Shown here: piece by piece, positions 18,020-24,959 of the stretch
Layout: every line of letters begins with the position of its first letter
Position numbering within the stretch: the first letter of the stretch is position 1
Assembly: GCF_018398935.1 (NCBI RefSeq)
Contig: NZ_CP074694.1
Coordinates: forward strand, 1,080,001-1,112,000
Direction: 5' to 3'
Length of the DNA: 32,000 nt
Origin: Telmatocola sphagniphila
Lineage (GTDB): Bacteria > Planctomycetota > Planctomycetia > Gemmatales > Gemmataceae
Program-made: the position numbers and the translations under genes
Notes under the pieces: generated by a model
Told to the model about the DNA's origin: nothing
The model's database searches: none
What the model saw: only the letters and a program-made list of their open reading frames with translations

Positions 18020-18292
18020 TCACGTTGCCCTTTCCCGTTTATTAGTCCTTCGATGTGAGGACTGAACCGGCTTGCATCCGCGTTCAATCCAGTTGTGGAT
18101 TTCAGAGACTCGCCATCGTCGCATTCTGCCGATGTGAATTCCCTTGGGCATTTTCCCGGTATTCGCCATAAGCAGCACATGACGCCAATGACACTTCAGA
18201 ATCTCGGCCACTCCCTTTACATCGACCATGGCCGGGGTTTGAACGGTTTGCATTTGCCACCTACCTTTCATTAAGCGGGAACACTCTAACAC
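18020..18292 (-). CDS. Excisionase/AlpA-like HTH DNA-binding protein
   Basis: VDVKGVAEILKCHWRHVLLMANTGKMPKGIHIGRMRRWRVSEIHNWI fits the MerR-superfamily excisionase/AlpA pattern. Stop is 3 bp before the next gene's ATG. Start may be Met14 (18253). Confidence 0.7.
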   Translation of the reverse strand: MLECSRLMKGRWQMQTVQTPAMVDVKGVAEILKCHWRHVLLMANTGKMPKGIHIGRMRRWRVSEIHNWIERGCKPVQSSHRRTNKRERAT

Positions 18293-18371
18293 ATTGCGCC
18301 GCGATCACCAAACGGCGCAGGGGGGTTATGAAGTCTGAAGGTTTTCGAGGAATTATTGAGGCTTAGTAATC

Positions 18372-18393
18372 GTGCGGGCGGGGTGGGTAGCCC
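18372..18393. repeat. GC-motif copy GTGCGGGCGGGGTGGGTAGCCC (intergenic, between two HTH genes)
   Basis: Reverse complement GGGCTACCCACCCCGCCCGCAC. Confidence 0.8.
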
Positions 18394-18428
18394 AAAGGAT
18401 ACCGCGACGGAAAGAACTTCAGGAGAGC

Positions 18429-18713
18429 TTACGCTTCGACTCGCCCGCGCTTTCGAGATCGGACTGGCTTCGCGCCGGCCGCAATCCATTCTTTGAATTC
18501 GCCTAGATGCCAACGTCTCAACCCGCCGATCTTCAATCCAAATGGGATCTTCCCTTCGTCTGCCATCCGATACACTGTTCGCCAAGTGCATCCAAGTAGT
18601 GCGGCTATGTCGTTCACAGTGACGAGCTCGCCTGTGGATTTGGGAACGTTCGTTTCATTTGCTTTGCGGGGTGCGCGCAGAACTGTCGTCGTGGTCATTC
18701 TCTTGGACCTCAT
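18429..18713 (-). CDS. Excisionase/AlpA-like HTH DNA-binding protein (paralogue)
   Basis: LVTVNDIAALLGCTWRTVYRMADEGKIPFGLKIGGLRRWHLGEFKEWI. Confidence 0.7.
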   Translation of the reverse strand: MRSKRMTTTTVLRAPRKANETNVPKSTGELVTVNDIAALLGCTWRTVYRMADEGKIPFGLKIGGLRRWHLGEFKEWIAAGAKPVRSRKRGRVEA

Positions 18714-18988
18714 AAAAGATTGAAAGCGTTAGTTTCTTGGTCTGAATGATGGATTAAGAAAGGAGTGTAACAAATGGGGATTGATTCCCAAGTGATCCGC
18801 TCTAACGCTTCAGGGGATTTGGCTTATATGACGCCTAGATGAAACGTTGGAAGTATTATGATTATGAAGCTGACACGAGTCAAGTTTAGTTGTCGCAAAT
18901 TGACAATTTTCCGCATAGCGGACTGGGACACCTGTGTGGTGAATTGCTCTGGATGCTACCAGTCTGATCGGTTTCCGGGCTCGATGAT

Positions 18989-19122
18989 AGCAACCCACCC
19001 CCGCCCGATTCCCCTTCGACGGCTCGCCCTGGTGGTATCGGGTTGGTTCTGATCATCGCCCTGGTGGACACTGCCGCCCGGGGTGAGAAGTCACCAGCGA
19101 CGAACGGGGCGGGTGGGTAGCC
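18989..19122. repeat. GC-motif module 6: AGCAACCCACCCCCGCCCGATTC (18989-19011) / GAACGGGGCGGGTGGGTAGCC (19102-19122)
   Basis: Inverted pair. CGCCCTGGTG at 19025-19034 and 19067-19076, plus an inverted TCACCAGCGA at 19091-19100, lie between the arms. Confidence 0.85.
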
Positions 19123-19168
19123 TTGGGTCATCGGCACATGCGCGGCGCACGCGGGGATATCTCGCCAG

Positions 19169-19393
19169 TTACTGGCTTTTGGGCTTAAGGAATGGGATAG
19201 GTCTACCGATCTCTTCCAGCTCTTTGATCGCGGCTTTTCGAAGTTTCTCCCGCACCCATGCCGATAGTTCGACACCGGACACTTCTGCCGCCGACACAAA
19301 AGTTTCTTTTTCTTCGGGAGTCAAGCGGACCTGGAGCACTTCCGCCCGAGTTCGAAAAACTTTTGGCTTCTTAGATTCCGTCTTTTTCTTCAT
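19169..19393 (-). CDS. Ribbon-helix-helix DNA-binding protein (CopG/DUF1778-antitoxin-like or MobC-like)
   Basis: 74 aa. VLQVRLTPEEKETFVSAAEVSGVELSAWVREKLRKAA matches the RHH beta-strand plus two-helix pattern. Confidence 0.65.
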   Translation of the reverse strand: MKKKTESKKPKVFRTRAEVLQVRLTPEEKETFVSAAEVSGVELSAWVREKLRKAAIKELEEIGRPIPFLKPKSQ

Positions 19394-19399
19394 GGAATC

Positions 19400-19466
19400 A
19401 TTGTACTGCCATTGAAATGACAGTACTTAGGAATTTTCTTGACTGTACTGACAATGGCAGTACAAT
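19400..19466. promoter_or_regulatory. Divergent promoter/operator region with nested palindromes
   Basis: Perfect 15-bp inverted repeat ATTGTACTGCCATTG (19400-19414) / CAATGGCAGTACAAT (19452-19466). Four GTACTG half-sites form palindromes at 19403-19426 and 19445-19463. Plus-strand TTGACT (19439-19444)-N16-TACAAT (19461-19466). A mirrored TACAAT on the minus strand lies 6 bp upstream of the RHH ATG. Confidence 0.55.
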
Positions 19467-19555
19467 ACCCATAGTTACTGAAAAGAGCGAAGCCAGCCGA
19501 AGATTGCACCCTTCGACTGGCTTCTAACCCAAAAACTTGTTAGGAGTTTTCGAGT

Positions 19556-19792
19556 ATGGTCAACATTTTATCAACCAAATCCGCTTCGAGTAAGCTTCCC
19601 GTGGTTCTTCGACCGATCACCGCCGGCGAATTCGCTGTAGCCGTCGCCAATGACCTTGAAATTGGCCGGGTATGCGAACGCTCAACCGGGTGGTCTGCAA
19701 TCGGTTTGAGGGGCTATATCGGCATGTTCTCGTGCCAAGCCGCGGCTGTTGCAGCACTGGCCCTGAAGATCTCCGTCGATTCCCCTTTCTAA
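19556..19792 (+). CDS. Hypothetical protein (78 aa)
   Basis: ORF downstream of the plus-strand promoter. No family recognised. Confidence 0.35.
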   Translation: MVNILSTKSASSKLPVVLRPITAGEFAVAVANDLEIGRVCERSTGWSAIGLRGYIGMFSCQAAAVAALALKISVDSPF

Positions 19793-19836
19793 TCAACCCA
19801 TCATTCGCCCACTCTTCTTAATCCACCGTACATCCA

Positions 19837-21141
19837 ATGAGAACCACAATGCATACTTACACTCGCACCAATTGGCTGAAAGAACCAACCGCACTTCTGC
19901 GTTACCTTACCCGCCAGAATGTTTTCCGGCTTCTCGATCCTTACGAGTTTGCCAAAGGTCGAACCGCTCAAGAATTTTGGGACGATGCGGAATACGAATA
20001 TCTTCTTACCGGTCTTTTGCGTGTCGCGGACGTTCGAAGGGAAGGCCCGTTGCCCTGGAAACACTACGCGGAAGCTTCCATAGCGGTCTGTGAGCTTGCC
20101 CTGACTTATTTCGCTAACGATCTGGTCCCGGGTGTCGAAACGCTCCAACTGGCGAAAAAATATCTTGTAACGCCTACTCGGGCTCTGGGTAAAAAGATTG
20201 CTCGTAACGCGGTTTTTTTGGCAGATTCCGACCATGACCACGGCGGAAAATTGCTTCTCAAATCGACTGCAAGCTTGCATGAGGCGATTGCGTATGCATC
20301 TTTCTGCACGCTCCGCAGTTCAATCCAACTCTCCCATGCGGAACGACGTTCGCTTTCCGAAGTGGAACAATTCAAACTGAATGAACTTCTCGGCAAGTCT
20401 TATGCATTATTACCCATTGAACGTCGTTCGACTTTGATCTGCCATGAGCCGGCATTCAATTTGCCAATCCAATTAATGAGCGAAGTTTTTGGATTCTGTA
20501 ATGATGCATTCGATGATCGATCCGCAATATTATTCGAATCAAAAGCATGCCAGATTATACGAGATTTAATCCCATGTCCCTGGCACGAAGACAGAGATCA
20601 AGAGGAATTTGAGAAACACAATCGATTTGTAAAGCATCTGGAATTCATAGATGTTAAAAAATCCACTATCGAAAAGCTCACGCGCACGATACCAGTAGTC
20701 ACATGGAATCAAGATGAGTCTTTAGCTCAGTTTCTGGAATGGTCCGTCAGATCGCTCTGGTATCAGGATTCCGATCTTTGCAAAAGCAAATTGAATGAAG
20801 CTTTCGAAGGATCGTTGAATTTCTTTAAAAAAAATCAGCATTTGTCTGACGAATGCATTTCCATTTGCAGATACATCGCTGAAGGCTTTTCGGAAGCAGA
20901 ATCAGTTGAATCTTTGTTGGCGAGTGCGGCCACGATCAAAAAGGTAATGGTCCCTGTCTACGAAAAACTGAAGCTCGAAACGACTGCTAGCAATGGTAAG
21001 TACGGTTACAAACCGGACTACAAAAAATGTTGCGAAAATCTCTTGGTTCGAACCTTGAGAAATCGCCTACCTATCCCGTGGACTGAATGCCCTATCCCAG
21101 CGTCCGCCGAAATCGAACAACTGAGAGAATTGGCGGCTTAA
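19837..21141 (+). CDS. Hypothetical protein (434 aa), island cargo of unknown function
   Basis: Long ORF, predicted mostly helical. Recurrent P-C/I-P-W motifs (LIPCPWHEDRD, LPIPWTECPIP). GC falls to about 37-43% over 20400-20640 by hand count. Confidence 0.7.
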   Translation: MRTTMHTYTRTNWLKEPTALLRYLTRQNVFRLLDPYEFAKGRTAQEFWDDAEYEYLLTGLLRVADVRREGPLPWKHYAEASIAVCELALTYFANDLVPGVETLQLAKKYLVTPTRALGKKIARNAVFLADSDHDHGGKLLLKSTASLHEAIAYASFCTLRSSIQLSHAERRSLSEVEQFKLNELLGKSYALLPIERRSTLICHEPAFNLPIQLMSEVFGFCNDAFDDRSAILFESKACQIIRDLIPCPWHEDRDQEEFEKHNRFVKHLEFIDVKKSTIEKLTRTIPVVTWNQDESLAQFLEWSVRSLWYQDSDLCKSKLNEAFEGSLNFFKKNQHLSDECISICRYIAEGFSEAESVESLLASAATIKKVMVPVYEKLKLETTASNGKYGYKPDYKKCCENLLVRTLRNRLPIPWTECPIPASAEIEQLRELAA

Positions 21142-21200
21142 TCGAGCCGATGCCTTCGTTTACTCGCCCGTTTTTTATTCAGAAAGTGAGATTAGATCCC

Positions 21201-21443
21201 ATGGCCAATGAATCGGAACCAAAGTACGTCACGGCGGCGGAAGTCGCCAAGCAACTGAAAGTGTCGGTAATCGCCGTTCATCGCTGGATGACCCACGGGA
21301 AAAAGGGGATAGTCCTACCCGCGATCAAGCCAGGAAGAGTTTGGTTGACCACTCAGAAATGGCTGGATGAATGGGCCAAGAAAGTTACGCCGGGGATGCC
21401 CATGCAATTTGGAAGTCGTACTGAGAGTTATCATGCCAGCTAA
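21201..21443 (+). CDS. Excisionase/AlpA-like HTH DNA-binding protein
   Basis: YVTAAEVAKQLKVSVIAVHRWMTHGKKGIVLPAIKPGRVWLTTQKWLDEW. Overlaps the integrase start by 11 bp. Confidence 0.65.
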   Translation: MANESEPKYVTAAEVAKQLKVSVIAVHRWMTHGKKGIVLPAIKPGRVWLTTQKWLDEWAKKVTPGMPMQFGSRTESYHAS

Positions 21444-22512
21444 AACGAACTTCCCAAAATTGAGGTTCTTGAAATCCCGTGGGGTGTACTCCTATTACCA
21501 CGACGGCCGGAGATTCTACCTAGGACGCGATTACGACAAAGCACTTGAACTGCACCGAGCCGCAATCCTTCGAATCAATTCCAACATTGCGAATCCTGCC
21601 CCCATACGAAAAACTGACCTGTTAATTTCGGAAGCGGTTCAGTTTTACTTGGAGGGCCCGGTAAGCAAAATGGGCAAATCCGATGCCCACCGCAATTTCT
21701 TTGCGATTAAGACACTGGTGTTGTACTGCGGAGCGATGCCCGCCGAGTCGTTCCGAGTCCAGCACGTTGAGCATATCACAAATGAATTCTGCAAAATGCG
21801 TGCTCGAACGCGAACCTACAAGAGCAACGTCTGTGACGGTCGCCCATACAGCCGACAGTACGTTACCAAACTTCTAGGCTGCATCCGGCAATGCTGGCGA
21901 TATCTGGCCCTGCATGATTACGTAAGTGCGGATTGTGCGGCGAAAGTCACTCTGGCCGTGCGAGCGGCGAAAAAGAACGCATCTCCGAGTTTGCCACCCA
22001 CCCGCCCCGTCTCAGCTGAAGCCGTGCGAGCTACTGTGCAATTTCTTCCGCCCGCGATCGCGGACATGGTAAGCGTTCAGATTGCTACCGGTATGCGAAC
22101 CGGCGAGCTGGTGAGCATGACTTGGGAAGCTATCGACAGTTCGGGCTCAACATGGATTTACGCCCCGCCAAAGCACAAGAACTCCTGGAGGGGACACCAG
22201 CGTCGAATCTACCTGCCTGATGAACTTCAGGAGATCTTGCGGAAGTATCCGAATGCTGGGGCAGGTCAAACACTTTGGGGAGTACCGTTTGATCGATACT
22301 ATCGGCACCTTCGAACGGCTCAAGAAAAGGCAGGGGTAGAACCTTGGAGACCGTACCAGCTCCGACACGCGGCCGCTACTGAGATCCTGAAACGGAAAGG
22401 GGCAGAAGCGGCGAAGTTTCTACTGGGACACGCGGGGGGTGGGTTGCTCAAGCTGTACACCGGGAGCGAACCGGAGAATATGTCACGTTCGGGCAAACTA
22501 AATGCCGTCTGA
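21433..22512 (+). CDS. Tyrosine recombinase / integrase 1 (~359 aa)
   Basis: GMRTGELVSMTW (Arg I), YQLRHAAATE (H-x-x-R), LLGHAGGGLLKLY (His/Tyr box). Start taken at Met 21433 rather than ORF start 21367. Confidence 0.85.
   Translation: MPAKTNFPKLRFLKSRGVYSYYHDGRRFYLGRDYDKALELHRAAILRINSNIANPAPIRKTDLLISEAVQFYLEGPVSKMGKSDAHRNFFAIKTLVLYCGAMPAESFRVQHVEHITNEFCKMRARTRTYKSNVCDGRPYSRQYVTKLLGCIRQCWRYLALHDYVSADCAAKVTLAVRAAKKNASPSLPPTRPVSAEAVRATVQFLPPAIADMVSVQIATGMRTGELVSMTWEAIDSSGSTWIYAPPKHKNSWRGHQRRIYLPDELQEILRKYPNAGAGQTLWGVPFDRYYRHLRTAQEKAGVEPWRPYQLRHAAATEILKRKGAEAAKFLLGHAGGGLLKLYTGSEPENMSRSGKLNAV
21991..22011. repeat. GC-motif variant TTGCCACCCACCCGCCCCGTC inside integrase 1
   Basis: Encodes LPPTRPV. 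Variant with CCCGCCCC order. Confidence 0.55.
22431..22449. repeat. GC-motif variant CGCGGGGGGTGGGTTGCTC inside integrase 1 (His/Tyr box)
   Basis: Reverse complement GAGCAACCCACCCCCCGCG. Encodes HAGGGLL. Confidence 0.5.
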
Positions 22513-22564
22513 TCACGGGCGGGTATCCACTTCGAACGAAGACAATCAACGAAAAGGAACCACG

Positions 22565-22855
22565 ATGGAAGAAAGATTAATTGAAGAGGGTTTGCTTTCA
22601 CTTCAGGAAGTTGCTCGGCGCTGTGGAGTATCGCCCGGGATGCTCTGGCGTCTCTGCAAGCAAGGGAAGCTGGAATGTGTACGAACATCAGCTAACGGCC
22701 GATGGTTGACCAGTTTGAAAGCAGTAACGCGGTACCTGGCAGGGGTAAAAGCAGACATGGCCTCCGTGAAGACTGCGAATGAAATGGATATCGAACAACG
22801 GGCGGCTATTGCAACTGCGAAAGCGCTGGCGATGTGTGAGCGGAAAAAACGTTGA
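22565..22855 (+). CDS. Excisionase/AlpA-like HTH DNA-binding protein
   Basis: LLSLQEVARRCGVSPGMLWRLCKQGKLECVRTSANGRWLTSLKAVTRYL. Start at Met 22565. Confidence 0.65.
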   Translation: MEERLIEEGLLSLQEVARRCGVSPGMLWRLCKQGKLECVRTSANGRWLTSLKAVTRYLAGVKADMASVKTANEMDIEQRAAIATAKALAMCERKKR

Positions 22856-22864
22856 CCAGCGGCA

Positions 22865-23157
22865 GACGGCGGGGCGGGGGTGGGTAGCTCAAAATCAACG
22901 CAATCGTCTCACATATCACCGGATCCGTCTCAATCTTCCTCCCCATCGTCTCAACAAGTCAATCGGATTGCACCGCACTTCAATGCGGCGGACGTTTGCC
23001 GAGCTGGTAGACGAACGGCAGCGAAGATCCTTTCTGGCTCATCAGCGTCGTTTATCGGGCGATTAGGGCGGGCTCGAGGGAATCCGCTTTCCTTGTTCCG
23101 TTCGCCTTCCCCCGGTCCGCCCTGGTGAGTTTTAGGGCTACCCACCCCCGCCCGTTC
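22865..23157. repeat. GC-motif module 8: GACGGCGGGGCGGGGGTGGGTAGCTC (22865-22890) / GGGCTACCCACCCCCGCCCGTTC (23135-23157)
   Basis: Inverted pair about 245 bp apart. CGCCCTGGTG at 23118-23127 is immediately inside the right arm. Confidence 0.85.
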
Positions 23158-23321
23158 ATCGCCATGCCTTTTTTCTCACTTCACCCTTTCAGCCGTCCAC
23201 CATTTCCACCCGCATTGATTAACTCAATCTGTGCAATTATAATTCCGATGACCTTTGGGCCGGGCGATGCGGGGAACTGGAAAGCCCCCTCGCCAGGTCC
23301 GCTTTCCAGAAAGGTCTCTGC

Positions 23322-24755
23322 ATGGGTTCCATTTTCAAACAGACTACGTGGAAGTCCGTTCCACCCGAAGCGAACATCATCACTCGCGACGGGAAGCGTT
23401 TCGCGGTCTGGATTCAGAACGGCAAAAAACGAAAAGAAGAAGTCCGAACGGTTCAGACTGGCAAAGACAAAGGCCAGTTTCGAATCTGCATTTTTTCAAA
23501 GCACTGGTACGCCAAATATCGAGACAGCTCCAATCTAGTCGTTGTTACGTGCACTGAATGCAAGGACGAAGCCAACGCGCGAAAGGAACTCGAAAAATAC
23601 GAACGGCAAGCGGAACGGGTTCGAAAAGGGATTATCACGCCGGCTGAAGAGAAGCTGGAGAAGCAAACGCCTAAGCCTATCGCCGAGCACTTCGACGCGT
23701 TTGAACACTATTTGAGATCCAAGGAAGTTACGAAGGTTCACCGCGAGAACTCCAGGCGGTATCTAAATCGGCTCGCGGAAGAATGCAGCTTTGTTACATT
23801 GCTCAGCATGCGGCGAGAATCCTTCGAGAAGTGGCTGGCCAATCGAATCGTCGACGGCATGTCGGCACGTTCGCGGAACGCCCACCGGGAAGCGCTGAAC
23901 GCGTTTTGCAACTGGTGTGTTGCTACTGAAAGGTTACTCGATAACCCTTTCCGATTGGTCCGGAAAGCTAACGAAGACGCGGATCCTCGAAGGCAGCGGC
24001 GAGCCATGACAGCGGAAGAGCTGCGGCGGTTGCTCCAGGTGGCGAAAGAGCGGCCGCTGAAGGAAGCTTTGATGATCCGCCGCGGCGAGCGAAAAGGGCA
24101 ACTGGCCGCGAATGTGTCTGACGAACTGAAAGTCAGGCTGGAGCAAATAGGACGGGAAAGGGCACTGATCTACAAAACTTTGGTTCTGACCGGTCTGCGC
24201 CGTGGCGAGCTGGCTTCTCTGACCGTGGCGAAATTGTCCCTGGCGGGTTCTTCCCCTCATGCCTACCTCGATGCGGCAGACGAAAAGAATCGAACAGGTA
24301 GTGTAATCCCCATTCGTGACGATCTGGCGGATGATCTGCGGCACTGGCTGGCGGACAAGCTTCGAGCCCTTCAAGATCTGGCCCGGGCCCGCGGCGAGTC
24401 AATCCCTCGCGAATTGCCTGCTCAGACGAAACTCTTTGCGGTACCAGCTCAGATGATCCGAACTTTCGACCGAGATTTAAAAGCAGCGGGCATCCCCAAA
24501 GTAGATGATCGCGGCCGGACCTTGGACGTTCATGCCATGCGTACCACGTTCGGAACTCTGCTCAGCAAGGCAGGGGTTTCCCCTCGAACGGCACAAGCGG
24601 CCATGCGTCACTCAGATATTTCTCTGACGATGAACACATACACCGATCCGAAATTGTTGGACGTTCGCGGAGCGCTGGACGGACTGCCGGAGCTTTCTTT
24701 GAGCAACCCACCCCCGCCCGTCCTGGTGAAAATTTCCGCCCGGGAAACGGCTTGA
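23322..24755 (+). CDS. Tyrosine recombinase / integrase 2 (477 aa), adjacent to attR
   Basis: LTGLRRGELASLTV (Arg I), HAMRTTFGTLL (H-x-x-R), AMRHSDISLTMNTYTD (His/Tyr). Long N-terminal arm-binding/SAM-like region. Confidence 0.9.
   Translation: MGSIFKQTTWKSVPPEANIITRDGKRFAVWIQNGKKRKEEVRTVQTGKDKGQFRICIFSKHWYAKYRDSSNLVVVTCTECKDEANARKELEKYERQAERVRKGIITPAEEKLEKQTPKPIAEHFDAFEHYLRSKEVTKVHRENSRRYLNRLAEECSFVTLLSMRRESFEKWLANRIVDGMSARSRNAHREALNAFCNWCVATERLLDNPFRLVRKANEDADPRRQRRAMTAEELRRLLQVAKERPLKEALMIRRGERKGQLAANVSDELKVRLEQIGRERALIYKTLVLTGLRRGELASLTVAKLSLAGSSPHAYLDAADEKNRTGSVIPIRDDLADDLRHWLADKLRALQDLARARGESIPRELPAQTKLFAVPAQMIRTFDRDLKAAGIPKVDDRGRTLDVHAMRTTFGTLLSKAGVSPRTAQAAMRHSDISLTMNTYTDPKLLDVRGALDGLPELSLSNPPPPVLVKISARETA
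24701..24723. repeat. GC-motif copy GAGCAACCCACCCCCGCCCGTCC at the 3' end of integrase 2
   Basis: Encodes LSNPPPPV. Runs directly into CGTCCTGGTG / TGGTGAAAAT. Confidence 0.85.
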
Positions 24756-24785
24756 AGGGGTCCGCCTGGAAAGGTCGAAATCTCC

Positions 24786-24806
24786 GTTTGTACTCCCGTT
24801 TGTACT
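24786..24806 (+). promoter_or_regulatory. Tandem GTTTGTAC repeats (12-bp period), candidate integrase arm-type sites, attR side
   Basis: GTTTGTACTCCCGTTTGTACT. Partner at 10857-10877. Confidence 0.45.
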
Positions 24807-24959
24807 AAAAGCGGACAGCGATAAGACAAATTAGACAACCAGAACGTCAAGGAAGGTAAACGGCCAAGCCGGGCTTACTGGGTGGGATGAGTGACGAAAA
24901 CCAAGGGATTCATAGAGTGAAACGGTTTTTTACTGGGCGAGAAGAACGGAAGAGAAAAA

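Noticed and set aside
18886-19299. 137-aa ORF (-) overlapping the RHH gene and GC-motif module 6
   Set aside because: It overlaps a better-supported RHH CDS in another frame, and the rest is repeat-module sequence.
10961-23157. Inverted-pair modules as integron attC sites / cassette array
   Set aside because: The arms lack the conserved RYYYAAC...GTTRRRY cores and arm order is not consistent (G...C versus C...G). Neither integrase shows an obvious IntI-type architecture, and the genes between modules are not cassette-like.
11140-24700. Internal third copy of the 45-bp tRNA-derived att core, which would prove tandem integration of two elements
   Set aside because: I scanned the island by eye for GGATTTGAACC / TTGGTCCCAAACC and found none.
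10961-24723. GC-motif copies as a CRISPR array
   Set aside because: There is no regular repeat-spacer periodicity. Copies occur in both orientations, at spacings from about 55 bp to 2.9 kb, and inside genes. No cas genes are present.
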